A stretch of 63,999 nucleotides of DNA, counting the filler, from Rozella allomycis CSF55 (Eukaryota): assembly GCA_000442015.1 (NCBI GenBank). It is 10 parts of 10 records of this genome, joined end to end, with 100 filler letters (N's around TTAATTAATTAA, not from the genome) between each part and the next. Parts side by side here need not be neighbours in the genome. Positions count along the whole stretch, not along the records: positions 1 to 4,708 come from KE560349.1; positions 4,809 to 33,719 come from KE560350.1; 8 more parts are not named here. One strand, written 5' to 3'. A program made the position numbers and the translations under genes. The notes beneath the pieces were generated by a model. That model was not told the DNA's origin, searched no databases, and saw only the letters and a list, made by a program, of their open reading frames with translations. Each line of letters starts with the position of its first letter. The first letter of the stretch is position 1. This document shows positions 1-10,656 of this stretch, in pieces.

Positions 1-3000
1 GTAAGATCAGCCTGTTTGTCGCTAATCTTAACTCCAACACTCCCCCTCAAACCGGCTGGTCTTTCGAGTATTCCCATTGATTCCCTATGCTTCTCAAATG
101 GTTCTCTGGCCAGTCCTTTAGTCAATGCATCCGCCACCATCTCTTTGGTGTTCACGTAATTTAAATAAATTCTTCCTTTTTCAATTTTATCTCTAATGAA
201 ATGGTATTTTTGCTCAATGTGTTTTGTCTTCTCATTTGATTCGTAAATTTGAGCTATTCTTATTGTACTTTGATTATCTTCATTTATCTTAAGTGCTCTC
301 GGTTTCCATCTCCTAGGTATTCTTAGTTCCTTGATTAATTTCATCATCCATAATCCTTCTCTTGCGGTATCGGCGAGTGCCATGTATTCAGCTTCCGCTG
401 TACTCAACGCATTCGTTTGTTGTTTTCTCGATTTCCAACTCACAAGGTTCCCGTCGAGGTAAATTAAATATCCTGTAGTGCTCTTCCTGTTGTCTCTATC
501 CGTGGCCCAATCTGCATCACTAAAACCTTCGACTTCTATTCTTTCATTTTCTTTTCGCACTGCGCCACCGTCACACTTGTACGTCAAACAGTACTTCTTA
601 GTCGCTTTTAAGTACCTCATAATTCTTTTCAGTAATTTCCAGTGCTCTTCTCCTGGGTTCTCTACAAATCGACTTGCGATGCTCACCGCACTACTAATAT
701 CTGGTCTGGTCATTGCTTGCAGCCATTGTAAGTTTCCTATTGCTTCTCTGTATGGGATACTGGCCATACGTGCCTTTTCTGTTTCGTTTTTCGGACTCTG
801 GTCCGCGCTATAGTAAATTCCCTTCTCCATCGGCGTTGCTATTCCCGCGCAATCTTCAAACCCAAACTTCCTCAATGTTTCATCAATAAATGCTTCTTGT
901 GACATTCGTATCTCTTTGTTTTTCTCATCTTGCTCAATGTGTACTCCCAAACACCAATTCAACTTTCCTAAATCCTTGATCTTGTATTGCTGGGCCAAGT
1001 ATTCTTTAGTCTCCTTTAAGAGTTCAGCGCAGTTTGCTGCTATGATGATATCATCAACGTAGAGCGCAATGATGATTATCTTGTCCCTCACTCTCTTCGT
1101 GTAAACACAATAGTCAGCCTTGCACCGCTTAAATCCCGCTCTCTTCAGATCTCTATCAATGCGCCTATTCCATTCTCTTCCAGCTTGCTTCAGCCCATAT
1201 AATGCTTTATTGATCTTGCATACCATGTCTTCGGCTCCCTTTGCCGCGAATCCCTCTGGTTGTTCCATGTAAAGTACTTCTCTCACTGTACCGTTCAGGT
1301 AAGCTGTTTCCACGTCCGCTTGATGTAGGATCCATCCATACTTCGCCGATAGAGCTATCATCGCTTTTATGGATGAGCTCTTTGCTACTGGTGCATAGGT
1401 CTCAAAGTAGTCCCTTCCTTTTACCTGTGTGTGGCCTCTGAATACCAATCGACATTTATATTTTATTAGGTTTCCATTTTCATCGTACTTCTTCGTGTTG
1501 ACCCATCTACTGGAGTGAACTTTCACGCCCTCCGGCCTCTTCACTAGCTCCCATGTCTTGTGTTCATTATGTGACGAAATCTCACGTTTCATTGCTTCAA
1601 ACCACTTTTCTGCATCGTCCGCGGACATGGCCTCGATAAAATTTCTTGGGAAGTTCTTTAGAGCCATGAATGCAACTTCCCTTGGTTCTTCATAGTTTGG
1701 TCTCTTAATGTCTCTTAATCCTCCATTGCTTCTACTTCGCATTGTCCCCTTGACTACTTTATTTGCGTCATTGTTCGTTTGCCTCGCCTTGAAAATTTCA
1801 ACTCCCTTCTTTTTGGTCTTGGCCTTCGATTTCTCCAATGCGGCTTTGATGCTACCTTCTTTCGCGATAATTTCATTCTTTATTTCCTCTATTATACTCC
1901 CCCTGGGGCGAGTATTTGATGGTTTCTCAATTCTCGGTTCATCGGTTTTCGACCCATCATGTGGCTTGAGCGTGGCTTGGGGTGATATCACCTGATTCAT
2001 TGAACTTTCCGTCATTGGTGTCAACTCCGTAATAGCCTTCTTTATAGTCTTTCTAGGTTCTTGGACTTGTGCCACTATCGTTTTCACCTGCTCCTTGCTG
2101 ATTTGCTTGTCGTCCTTCAGCTTCTCCCTCTCGAGTTTGAGTTTTGCTAATCTGGCCTGTAACGCCTCGAGTTTCGCACGCGCATCATCTTTTATTGTCG
2201 TGGTCAATAAATCCTCAAGTACTTCTAACTTATTCTCGTTTTCATCCTGGTCGACTATTTCTTTTATCCGGGTGTAGTATTCATCATCATCTTCTTCGTC
2301 TTCCTGTTCCATGTCCTCGTGGAACTTCACGTGTGCCGAGACTCTCACCTTATTCGTGTTTCCTACTCTCAGTCGATACATTCTGCTTCCATGCTCATAC
2401 CCAATGAGGTAGTGTAGTTCCGCCTTTCCATCCAACTTAAGTCTTTTTGATTTGCCAATGTGTACATAGCATGGAGCACCAATTTCTCTCATGTGTCTAA
2501 TATCGGGCTTCTTCCCACTATATACCTCCTCCGGGGTTTTCCCGCCTAAAATCTTAGTCGGAGTTCTGTTCTGGATATAACAGGCAGTATGAGCAATTTC
2601 ACCCCAGAAATCCTTTGGAAGATTGCCATCTTCTAATAAACATCTCACCTTTTCTATCAACGTTCGATTCATTCTCTCCGCAATTGGGTTCATCTCCGGA
2701 GTATGTGCATCGGTTCTTGTATGACGTATTCCTTTCATCGTCAGCATTCTTTTGAATTCCTTATCTAAGTATTCACCTCCATTGTCACTTCTGACTTCCA
2801 TGACTTTCTCCCCAGACTGAGTCTCGATTTCACATATCGTCTCCATTAGCTTGTCTTTAGTCTCCGACTTGTGCGATAATAGATGGATGAAGCATTTTCT
2901 AGAATGATCATCAATAATTGTTAATATGTATCTTTTCCCTGCCATAGTTTGTTTTTCCATCGGACCCATAAGGTCGGTATGTAATTTCCCACCAACTTTA

Positions 3001-4628
3001 TTTTCTCTCGGCATCTTTCCTTTGAATGATGCTCTTGTGGCCTTGTGCTTTGCACAAGTGTGACAGAAAGAGAGTTTTGCATCTCTTTTGAACTTAGGCA
3101 TTCCTGTGACACTTCCCTTTTCACTCATCTGTCTAAGATATGGTTCACATGCGTGTCCCAGTCTTCTATGCCAGACGTCCATCTCATTTTTGGTCTCCTT
3201 TGTGTTCAATGCTTTCGGTTGACGTCGCATAGTCTTAATGGTGAATAATTGTTTCTCAAGTTTCCCTCTCATGATCTCAGTTTCGTTCTTTCGGATGCTG
3301 CAGGTCTCACCTTCCATGACTACTGTAATCTCAGCGTTTCGCAAAAGTTTTGGAATAGATAATAAATTGGTATTCATGCTAGGAACGTACAAGACATTAT
3401 AGAGACGAACTTCTTTTATTTTTCCATCATTGGTTTGTACGCGTAGTGATACTTCACCTGAACCTTCGATCTTCATGCTGTCACCTCCCGCGGTTCCCAC
3501 GCTTCTTGAATCGTGTCTCTTTTGATAGTTTTCCAATAAATCACGTTGTGGAGTCATGTGAGAAGTTGCTCCTGAGTCAATAATCCATTCAATTTCTTCT
3601 TCCTCCGTGCTCAACATAGTTCTCTCTTCTTCGTCCACTATTTCCCTTGTCACTAGCGCAATCTCTTCTTCACTTGATGTATATTCTTCAACGAAGTTTG
3701 CTTGTTCCTTGCTTCTCGCATGCTTCTTTAGATTGTTCTCTTGCATGGTGAACTTCTTCCATAATTCACATTCCCATTTCCCGTGACCCTCTTGGTCACA
3801 AATAAAACATTTTCTTTGAAATCTCCTTTGTCTTTCATCATTACCTCTTCCATCGTAGGTTCTTCTCGAATTTCCTTCATATTGATTTTCCCGCCTAAAT
3901 TGTTGCGGTCTATTTTGCTTGGCCATCATTGCCACATCATCTACATCCTTCATCTCTTCATTTTGCAATTTATTAATACTCTCTTGTCCAGCCTTCCATG
4001 CCTTCCTCAACTCAATGGTTCGATTTTGCGCTTCCTCTCTTTGGGCTACTTGGGATAGTAAGTTTCTCACAACATAAAAATCCTCCCTCTGGCTTGTGTC
4101 TTCGAATTTCAATTCAAGATAAAGCTTCTCTTGATTCATTGGTAAGAGTGTTTGATTCAACATGTTCACAAGTTCATACCCTTGTGCCTTACCTCCTACG
4201 TTCTTGAATTCGTTGTACACAGCATCGTATCTTCGCAAATAATCTACTAATGGTTCTTCTTCTTCTTGATAGAGATTGTTAATCTTCATTCGCAAGGCAT
4301 TCTGAAGCTGGAGATCTTTCTGACCGTACTTGTTCTTGAAGAAGATGACTATTTCACTTGGATGACTGATCGGCGGTAAGCTGTCCTTCTCAAAGTGGGA
4401 CAGTGTCAATTGAAGCATGGACGCTATCTGTCTTCCCGTCTTCTCTCTAGTTGCCTTCACCTCTGGCGACTCCTTCTCATCTCTCGTTTCTTTCACTACT
4501 GGCTTCTCTAGCCATTCTTCCATTCCCGCTGCCTCAAACGCAGTCTTCACATCTTGGTTCCACCTGAACCAGCTCGGTTGACCTTCGAGCTTTTCAAACG
4601 TCTTCTTACTCAACAGTCTCTCTAGCAT
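1..4628 (-). CDS. copia Gag-Pol polyprotein (>1540 aa, runs off the window edge)
   Basis: Hand translation gives zinc knuckle CFICDQEGHGKWEC (~3770-3812), protease WIIDSGATSHM (~3555-3590), integrase WHRRLGH/CHTC/LHTDLMGP/RSDNGGEY, RT LYVDD (~1050-1065) and RNase H MVADALTK (140-117). ATG 4628 is in frame with codon 140. There is no stop before position 1, which would explain its absence from the ORF track. Confidence 0.9.
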   Translation of the reverse strand, partial: MLERLLSKKTFEKLEGQPSWFRWNQDVKTAFEAAGMEEWLEKPVVKETRDEKESPEVKATREKTGRQIASMLQLTLSHFEKDSLPPISHPSEIVIFFKNKYGQKDLQLQNALRMKINNLYQEEEEPLVDYLRRYDAVYNEFKNVGGKAQGYELVNMLNQTLLPMNQEKLYLELKFEDTSQREDFYVVRNLLSQVAQREEAQNRTIELRKAWKAGQESINKLQNEEMKDVDDVAMMAKQNRPQQFRRENQYEGNSRRTYDGRGNDERQRRFQRKCFICDQEGHGKWECELWKKFTMQENNLKKHARSKEQANFVEEYTSSEEEIALVTREIVDEEERTMLSTEEEEIEWIIDSGATSHMTPQRDLLENYQKRHDSRSVGTAGGDSMKIEGSGEVSLRVQTNDGKIKEVRLYNVLYVPSMNTNLLSIPKLLRNAEITVVMEGETCSIRKNETEIMRGKLEKQLFTIKTMRRQPKALNTKETKNEMDVWHRRLGHACEPYLRQMSEKGSVTGMPKFKRDAKLSFCHTCAKHKATRASFKGKMPRENKVGGKLHTDLMGPMEKQTMAGKRYILTIIDDHSRKCFIHLLSHKSETKDKLMETICEIETQSGEKVMEVRSDNGGEYLDKEFKRMLTMKGIRHTRTDAHTPEMNPIAERMNRTLIEKVRCLLEDGNLPKDFWGEIAHTACYIQNRTPTKILGGKTPEEVYSGKKPDIRHMREIGAPCYVHIGKSKRLKLDGKAELHYLIGYEHGSRMYRLRVGNTNKVRVSAHVKFHEDMEQEDEEDDDEYYTRIKEIVDQDENENKLEVLEDLLTTTIKDDARAKLEALQARLAKLKLEREKLKDDKQISKEQVKTIVAQVQEPRKTIKKAITELTPMTESSMNQVISPQATLKPHDGSKTDEPRIEKPSNTRPRGSIIEEIKNEIIAKEGSIKAALEKSKAKTKKKGVEIFKARQTNNDANKVVKGTMRSRSNGGLRDIKRPNYEEPREVAFMALKNFPRNFIEAMSADDAEKWFEAMKREISSHNEHKTWELVKRPEGVKVHSSRWVNTKKYDENGNLIKYKCRLVFRGHTQVKGRDYFETYAPVAKSSSIKAMIALSAKYGWILHQADVETAYLNGTVREVLYMEQPEGFAAKGAEDMVCKINKALYGLKQAGREWNRRIDRDLKRAGFKRCKADYCVYTKRVRDKIIIIALYVDDIIIAANCAELLKETKEYLAQQYKIKDLGKLNWCLGVHIEQDEKNKEIRMSQEAFIDETLRKFGFEDCAGIATPMEKGIYYSADQSPKNETEKARMASIPYREAIGNLQWLQAMTRPDISSAVSIASRFVENPGEEHWKLLKRIMRYLKATKKYCLTYKCDGGAVRKENERIEVEGFSDADWATDRDNRKSTTGYLIYLDGNLVSWKSRKQQTNALSTAEAEYMALADTAREGLWMMKLIKELRIPRRWKPRALKINEDNQSTIRIAQIYESNEKTKHIEQKYHFIRDKIEKGRIYLNYVNTKEMVADALTKGLAREPFEKHRESMGILERPAGLRGSVGVKISDKQADL

Positions 4629-4708
4629 AGCTATCTCTTGGTTTCCTGCCACTGGGCTCATAACTCTCAAATTAGTAAATAAAGATAAAACTTAAGTTAA
4701 GAGTAAAG
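1..4708 (-). mobile_element. Ty1/copia LTR retrotransposon; both LTRs truncated (window edge and contig gap)
   Basis: Minus strand shows PBS GTTATGAGCCCAG (~4652-4664), gag-PR-IN-RT-RH domain order, and PPT TGAGGGGGAG (49-40) followed directly by the LTR start TGTTGG at 39. Confidence 0.95.
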
Positions 4709-4808
4709 NNNNNNNNNNNNNNNNNNNNNNNNNNNNNNNNNNNNNNNNNNNNTTAATTAATTAANNNNNNNNNNNNNNNNNNNNNNNNNNNNNNNNNNNN
4801 NNNNNNNN
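4709..4808. other. Artificial contig linker (N44-TTAATTAATTAA-N44); also at 33720, 34915, 37114, 54138, 55313, 59522, 61372 and 62874
   Basis: Identical 100-nt N-run with a six-frame-stop spacer, nine times in the window. Confidence 0.97.
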
Positions 4809-4848
4809 CGCTTGGAAGGCGAAAATTCTACCATTGAACCACGAATGC
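4809..4848 (-). tRNA. tRNA-Gly(TCC), 5' half (rest lost in the gap)
   Basis: Reverse complement GCATTCGTGGTTCAATGGTAGAATTTTCGCCTTCCAAGCG has an acceptor 5' strand, a D-arm/A-box and anticodon loop CTTCCAA closed by CGC/GCG. Confidence 0.85.
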
Positions 4849-4932
4849 GGTTGAGAAGATTATTTAGAAATCACACTTAAAAGAGACACATTTTCATATA
4901 TTGACTTGGATACAGCTAAAATCTCCGTAACA

Positions 4933-7900
4933 ATGAATCCGCCATCTAATTTGTCTCAGGATGAAGATAGAGTTGGAGTTTTAAAGCAGGCTGATTCTGT
5001 CGCTATTGATAAAGATCCTCTTGTAGGTCCTTCAAATATTCCAGAATCTAATTCGGAGTCCGCCATAAGGCATTCAAATCCAATACAATCAGACCAAGAT
5101 TCCAAAAGTACAGTTCAATCAGAGAGCAAAGACAACGACAAAGAATTGCCTACGTTTGTGTTTGTTAGTCCATCTGATCCAATTTTAGTAGATAAGACAC
5201 AATCACCATCCGCTCCTATCAAAGAACAAACAAAGCCCAACTCGATGCCGTTAAAAACAATTAAAGAAAGTTCTTCCACAATTTCTGTTGAAAATAAGGG
5301 ATTCAAAGCAGCGATCAGTCTAGATGAACTTAAAAGTGTGCCAAACAATGTTCTGTCAATTATTCCATCCTTTGTACCAACCCATGTTAGAAGATTCTTC
5401 GAGACTAAATCTAAATTACTAAATAGCGCCGTAAGTGAAGAAAAGTTTGGGGCGGTTGTAATGGCCGATGTTAGTGGCTACAGTACTTTAGCTGCTAAAT
5501 TAGCAGAAAGAGGACAAATAGGCGCTGAAATTTTGTCAAAGACTATGAACGCATTTATGGAAAAGGTATTATTTTAAATGCAATTGAAAAAGGCTGTACA
5601 AATAGTTCTTTCTCACGGTGGTGACGTTATTAAATTTGCTGGAGACGCCATAGTTCTTTGTTGGAGAACGGAAAGCGAAGACGAAAATGAAAGAGGTGAA
5701 TATGTGTTACAAGCTTGTGAATGTTGTCTTGCGTTGCTAAAAAAGTTGTCAAATTTTCCGACTAATATCCCTGATTGTGATATTACACATCTTAATGTTC
5801 ATCTTGGCGTTGGTGCCGGTCCCATGTTTGATGTTCACGTAGGAGGTCCTCCTGGGCGATGGGAACATTTTATTGCAGGCGAATCAATAAATCAGCTAGC
5901 CATTGTACTTGATTTAGCTAAGCCTGGTAATTCACTTAACAAAATTTAATTAGGGCAATTAGCAGTATCACATTTCGCACTAAAATACTTAAGTCGGGTT
6001 GTAGAAGTAGCCTCTCTTCAGCTTGGTTCATATGACAAGCGATGTATTATCTTGAATGCGTTGGAAAACAAAAAGAGAACTAGACCAAAATTAGAATTTC
6101 CAGAAGAAACACCTTTACAAGATTTCACACTAGAAAAATGCCGCCTTTACCAAAGCTATGTAAGCAATGCTGCTGTTTATCGCATACTTTCCGGAGGGAA
6201 TGATCCTCTTCTTGTCAACGAGTTCAGAAAAATAAGCACTATATTTATCAAAATTAAGTCAATTACCTTTAAAACAGAACATTGTCTACCAAACTCACAA
6301 GCCGCTATGAATGCTATTCAAACAGCTCTCTCTAAATACGAAGGAACATTGCGACAATTTATTGTAGACGATAAAGGATCTGTTATACTCTCATATTTCG
6401 GTTTACCTCCATTCGCTCATGAAAATGACCCAATGATTGCGTTGAAAGCAGCCATCGAAATCCGAAATAGATTGAAGCCAATTTTTGAGGATGGTTTTGC
6501 AATAGGAGTTGCCACTGGTATGGTTTATTGTGGCCTTATAGGCGGCGTGGAACGTGCAGACTACACAGTGACAGGTGACAGTGTGAATATGGCTGCAAGA
6601 TTAATGTCTAATTCACTGGCGAAACATGAAGTGTTGTGCGATGAAGAAACATATCAATCAAGTTTAAATTATTTAGAATTTGAAGCGATGGGGAAGATTA
6701 AAGTAAAGGGTAAAGTGCATCCAATATCTGTTTATAAACCTGTAAGGTCAAAGAAAGCATCTGTTTTGGGAGCCTCTAGTGCTTTGCCTTTACAGCAAGA
6801 AATAGATTGCGGAAGGGATAAAGAAAAAGAAGCTTTAAAAAGCGCTTTTAGTGGAATGGTTAGTGGAAAGAGGAAAATGATAGTAGTTGAAGAGCATACG
6901 AATCAAGGAATTATGGATTTAGGTAGATTCATATGTGAAGAAGCGACAAGGCATTACTTTACTATAGTGTAAATCATTTTTTGTTCTAAATATTAGCAAT
7001 GCACAAGGTACAGAAACTGAAAGAGCTACACCCTATTGGTGCTTTAAGTCGGCATTGGAAGATCTCACAAATAATTTAAAGCTTGATTCTGCAGAAAAAA
7101 GAAGATCGTCAAGTAGTTCTGAACAACTGAAGAATAATAGCAGAAGAGGCTCATCTAGTATCCCTATAGCACACACTTCAAATATTCGTAGACCATCTTT
7201 AGCAGCATTAAAGGAGAGTGAAACATCAATGCAATCCCTTTCAAACTCAAGAAAGCATTCTATTACACAAGCTAGTTATGTTGATTTTGAGAAAAAAGTT
7301 CTCGGTGGGTTGCAAGTAATGGGAATAGAAAACAAAGGAATGTCATCAATTAATTTATTTATGAATACATCAAAATCAGATACAGAACTTCGTAATGTCG
7401 TCATTGATGAGCATCCTATTTATGCACAAAAGATCAAAAAGTTTCAAGATATTGTAATACAAATGATGCTAACAGCTTCAGAAAAAGGGCCGATTTTGCT
7501 TCTGGCATCTGAATTCCACTGGGCGGATTTCTATTCTTGGGATCTCTTACATAAAATTGAGATGAGCTGTGAAAATGTGTACATTATACTTATCTCTAGA
7601 AGTCCAAAAGACTTTTTTGACTTAAAATGTGCCCAAATAGCGCAAAACATGATTAACGATAAAAGCACCTTGATTATTGAGAAGCATAAAATGAATAAAG
7701 AAGAATTAAGACAGTTAATAAAAAGGAATTGTAGCGCCGATGTTGTTGTAAATGACAAAATTGTGAACATTATCCTGAAAAGATCGGAGGGAGATGAATT
7801 ATTTGCACAGAATCTAATACAGCAATTATTGCATGAAAATAAACTAACAATTCAAGACGGAGAGCTTATTACATCTAGCAACTTCGATCTATCTGAAACA

Positions 7901-9790
7901 TTACCGGCAAATATGAAATCTATGATTACGACACAAATGGATAAATTAGATCAAACCTTTCAACTTATTCTTAGAGTCTCATCTGTTCTTGGAATGCATT
8001 TTAATCTAAATGATATCAAAAAACTTGCTAAAATTGACATAGACACTGAAGAACTAGGAAAAAGCATCTTAGATTGGGATAAGTATGGATTTCTTTTAAC
8101 CGATGAAAATGACAACAGACCTTTTAGTTACTATTTTAGGTCAAGCATGATTAAAGATTGTATTTATAGTATGATTTTATATAATCTACGCCTTGAAATA
8201 CATAAACAGATTGCTCATGACATTCAAAATCAAATGAACGATTCCAATACATCTGAGCTGCTACCTATTCTATGTTATCATTATAGTCACACTGATCTAT
8301 ACGCAGAAAGACTTGTCACACTGGAAAAAATAGCTCGATTTTCAAGTTCTGAAGGGGACTATTCTTCTGCCTTAAAATACTACGAACAATTACAAAGTTT
8401 CAGCAATTCAAAAGAGCTTACAAAAGTTTTTTGCGTGTCTCCTATTCAAAGATGTTCATGGTTTCGTGAAGAGGGTGAAGTATATATGTTATCAGGGAAC
8501 TCGGATGGTGCCATGAAAAAATTTCTTTCAAGTCTTGAAGTTATTGGAATAGAAGTCGCGGTTGGCTCTTTGAGTACTAGATTGACGAAGAAAATTGGAA
8601 AGCTGGCTACGTGCCATTGTTCTTCACCGGCTCATGAGTTGTCTGACCAACCAGAATATCATCTGGAACATTGTCTAGTGATTAAGTCAATGATATTAAA
8701 TTCTTTTTCCAGTGGTAGGGTTAAGTTAGCGAAGGATTTGATTGATCATGCCTTTACGATAAAGAGAATGGATGCAAGATTGATTGCAGTTGTTGCTTAC
8801 GTCGCAGAATCGATTCGGCAAAGTGATCAAGCGAAGAGAGCTATAGAAATCCTTGATCAAATGTTACCCACTTTGAAAACAGAATCTTTAGATATGTTAG
8901 AAACTCTTGAATATAGTACTCTGGTGAGATTTTTACAATTAAATCATACAAAATTCGAGAAAGAATCAAAAACTTTGTTGGACATGCTCTGGGGAAAAGG
9001 GTTAATAGAGAAATGGGAAAGTTTAAATCTGTTGATATCAACTGAATCTTTATTTGTAGGACAGTTATCTAGGATAGATGAATGCGCAGAAATGTTTTTG
9101 GAGAAAGGGAAACAAATACAAAATGAAGATTTTCTTAGATGGCACCAATTGCTAAAGACAGTGTTGTTAATATCTAAAGGAGAACTTCAAAAAGCAATTG
9201 AAATCTTATCAACAGTACAATATGAACTAAATAACATGGATCCGACTTTAATATCTTTACCCCAGGACCTCTTATTAGAAGCAATGCTTATGGAAGTATG
9301 CGTACGGATTCAAAAAGGCAAATATAACCTTACTCAAGGTTTAAAAAATGGTATGGAAACCATTAAGCAGATGCAAAACGTTCATTACGTAGGATTTATG
9401 CCGATGTTCTACTACGTGCGAACATTAACTTTCGTAATGCAGAATCTACCAGATCTTGTCCAATCTCACCATTCAACAATAGTTTTATCTTTAGAAACCA
9501 CAAAAAATCTGATAGAGAATCTTAAAGGATTTGCCCTTGCTACACCCATGTTTCATTTTTGTGAGGGACTTCTCGCTTTAGTTCAAAATAAAGAGGCATT
9601 AGCTCTTGATAATTTCAGTCGCGGCCTTAAGACTAGAGCTGAAATTGACCAATTGAAATATTTGGATGCCCTTTTGTACACATTTTTCATTGGAAAAGAC
9701 CACGCGAAAGTTGGAAAAAATGCGAAAGAGGAAGCGAAGAATTTATTAAAGAAAATCGGAGCAACTTATGAATCTGACTTACTGGCATAG
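4933..9790 (+). CDS. Soluble adenylyl cyclase, ADCY10/sAC-like (two class III cyclase domains, STAND-like ATPase region, helical repeats); 3 short introns
   Basis: C1 VMADVSGY and GGDVIKFAGDA; C2 FIVDDKG and YTVTGDSVNMAARLM; later EFHWAD and RSEGDELF. Introns at 5566-5592, ~5927-5953 and ~6969-6996 join the ORFs in frame. Confidence 0.88.
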
Positions 9791-9840
9791 TTAAATAAAT
9801 AATCATTTGGGTATCACTTTATTTTGTCGACTTGAGAGTA

Positions 9841-10220
9841 TCAATTTGATGGGTATTTGTAAAGAGACCGCCTTTCTATTTGTAAAAGAATATTTACCTG
9901 CAAACTCAAAAAAACTAAACTTAGCATGGATTTAAAAGTTGTTTGATTGCAAAATTCATTGTCAAGCGCACTACAGGAAAATACCTCCAAGGAATTTTCC
10001 ATTGCGCACGAAAGCAACGCTTGAGATACTATTAGGAAAACGGTAATCACGATATACTATTCTGTATTCTTTATCATGCTTACGAAAAGATAAATGTATG
10101 AGTGGAATTTTTTCCCTATCAATGGCAATGTTGTAATCACCATTGCGGACAAAATTATTTGAAGCATTATACATATATTTGACTGAAAAGCAGAAGGCAT
10201 GGAGGATTCAAGCGCGCTCC
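9841..10220 (-). CDS. Small hypothetical membrane protein (5' end uncertain)
   Basis: Hydrophobic ORF 9841-10050 joins an upstream frame through a 27-nt GT-AG intron (~10047-10073). Confidence 0.35.
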
Positions 10221-10656
10221 CATAGAATAAATAAATGATTATTGATGAGATCGATTGTTACGTCAAAGATATTTTACCAAGGAACATAAAACAGATATGT
10301 AACTGATGTGTCCAATATGACTTTGGTACAATTTCTTTACTTTTATGATTCTTTTATGCATTATCTATTTAAAAAATCATGCAATTTCTACGTGACTGAA
10401 GTGCGAAATTTGTGAACTAATTTTCGTTTGTTTCCTCGAAAATTCTGACATGAAGGAGTAATGACGATGATGTCAATAAACTTCGCGTCTGATGTTAGTT
10501 ACCATGGAAAACAGCGTACCGAAAATTGTTGCTTCTTTGATGAAGGTAGATGATAATTTCCCATAAATGTTTTTTTCTGAGATTGAATAGATGACAGCTG
10601 TTCCAGCTTTATTTAATATAAACCTTCATGTCCAATGTTATTGTCGATTGTAAACA

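Noticed and set aside
478-4207. Plus-strand ORFs in 478-4207 as genes
   Set aside because: Antisense shadows of the copia gag-pol frame.
4753-4764. Recurrent TTAATTAATTAA palindrome as a biological repeat
   Set aside because: Always centred in identical N-runs; it is an assembly linker.
4660-4850. Copia insertion targeted next to a tRNA gene
   Set aside because: The two are separated by an artificial contig join, so adjacency is unproven.
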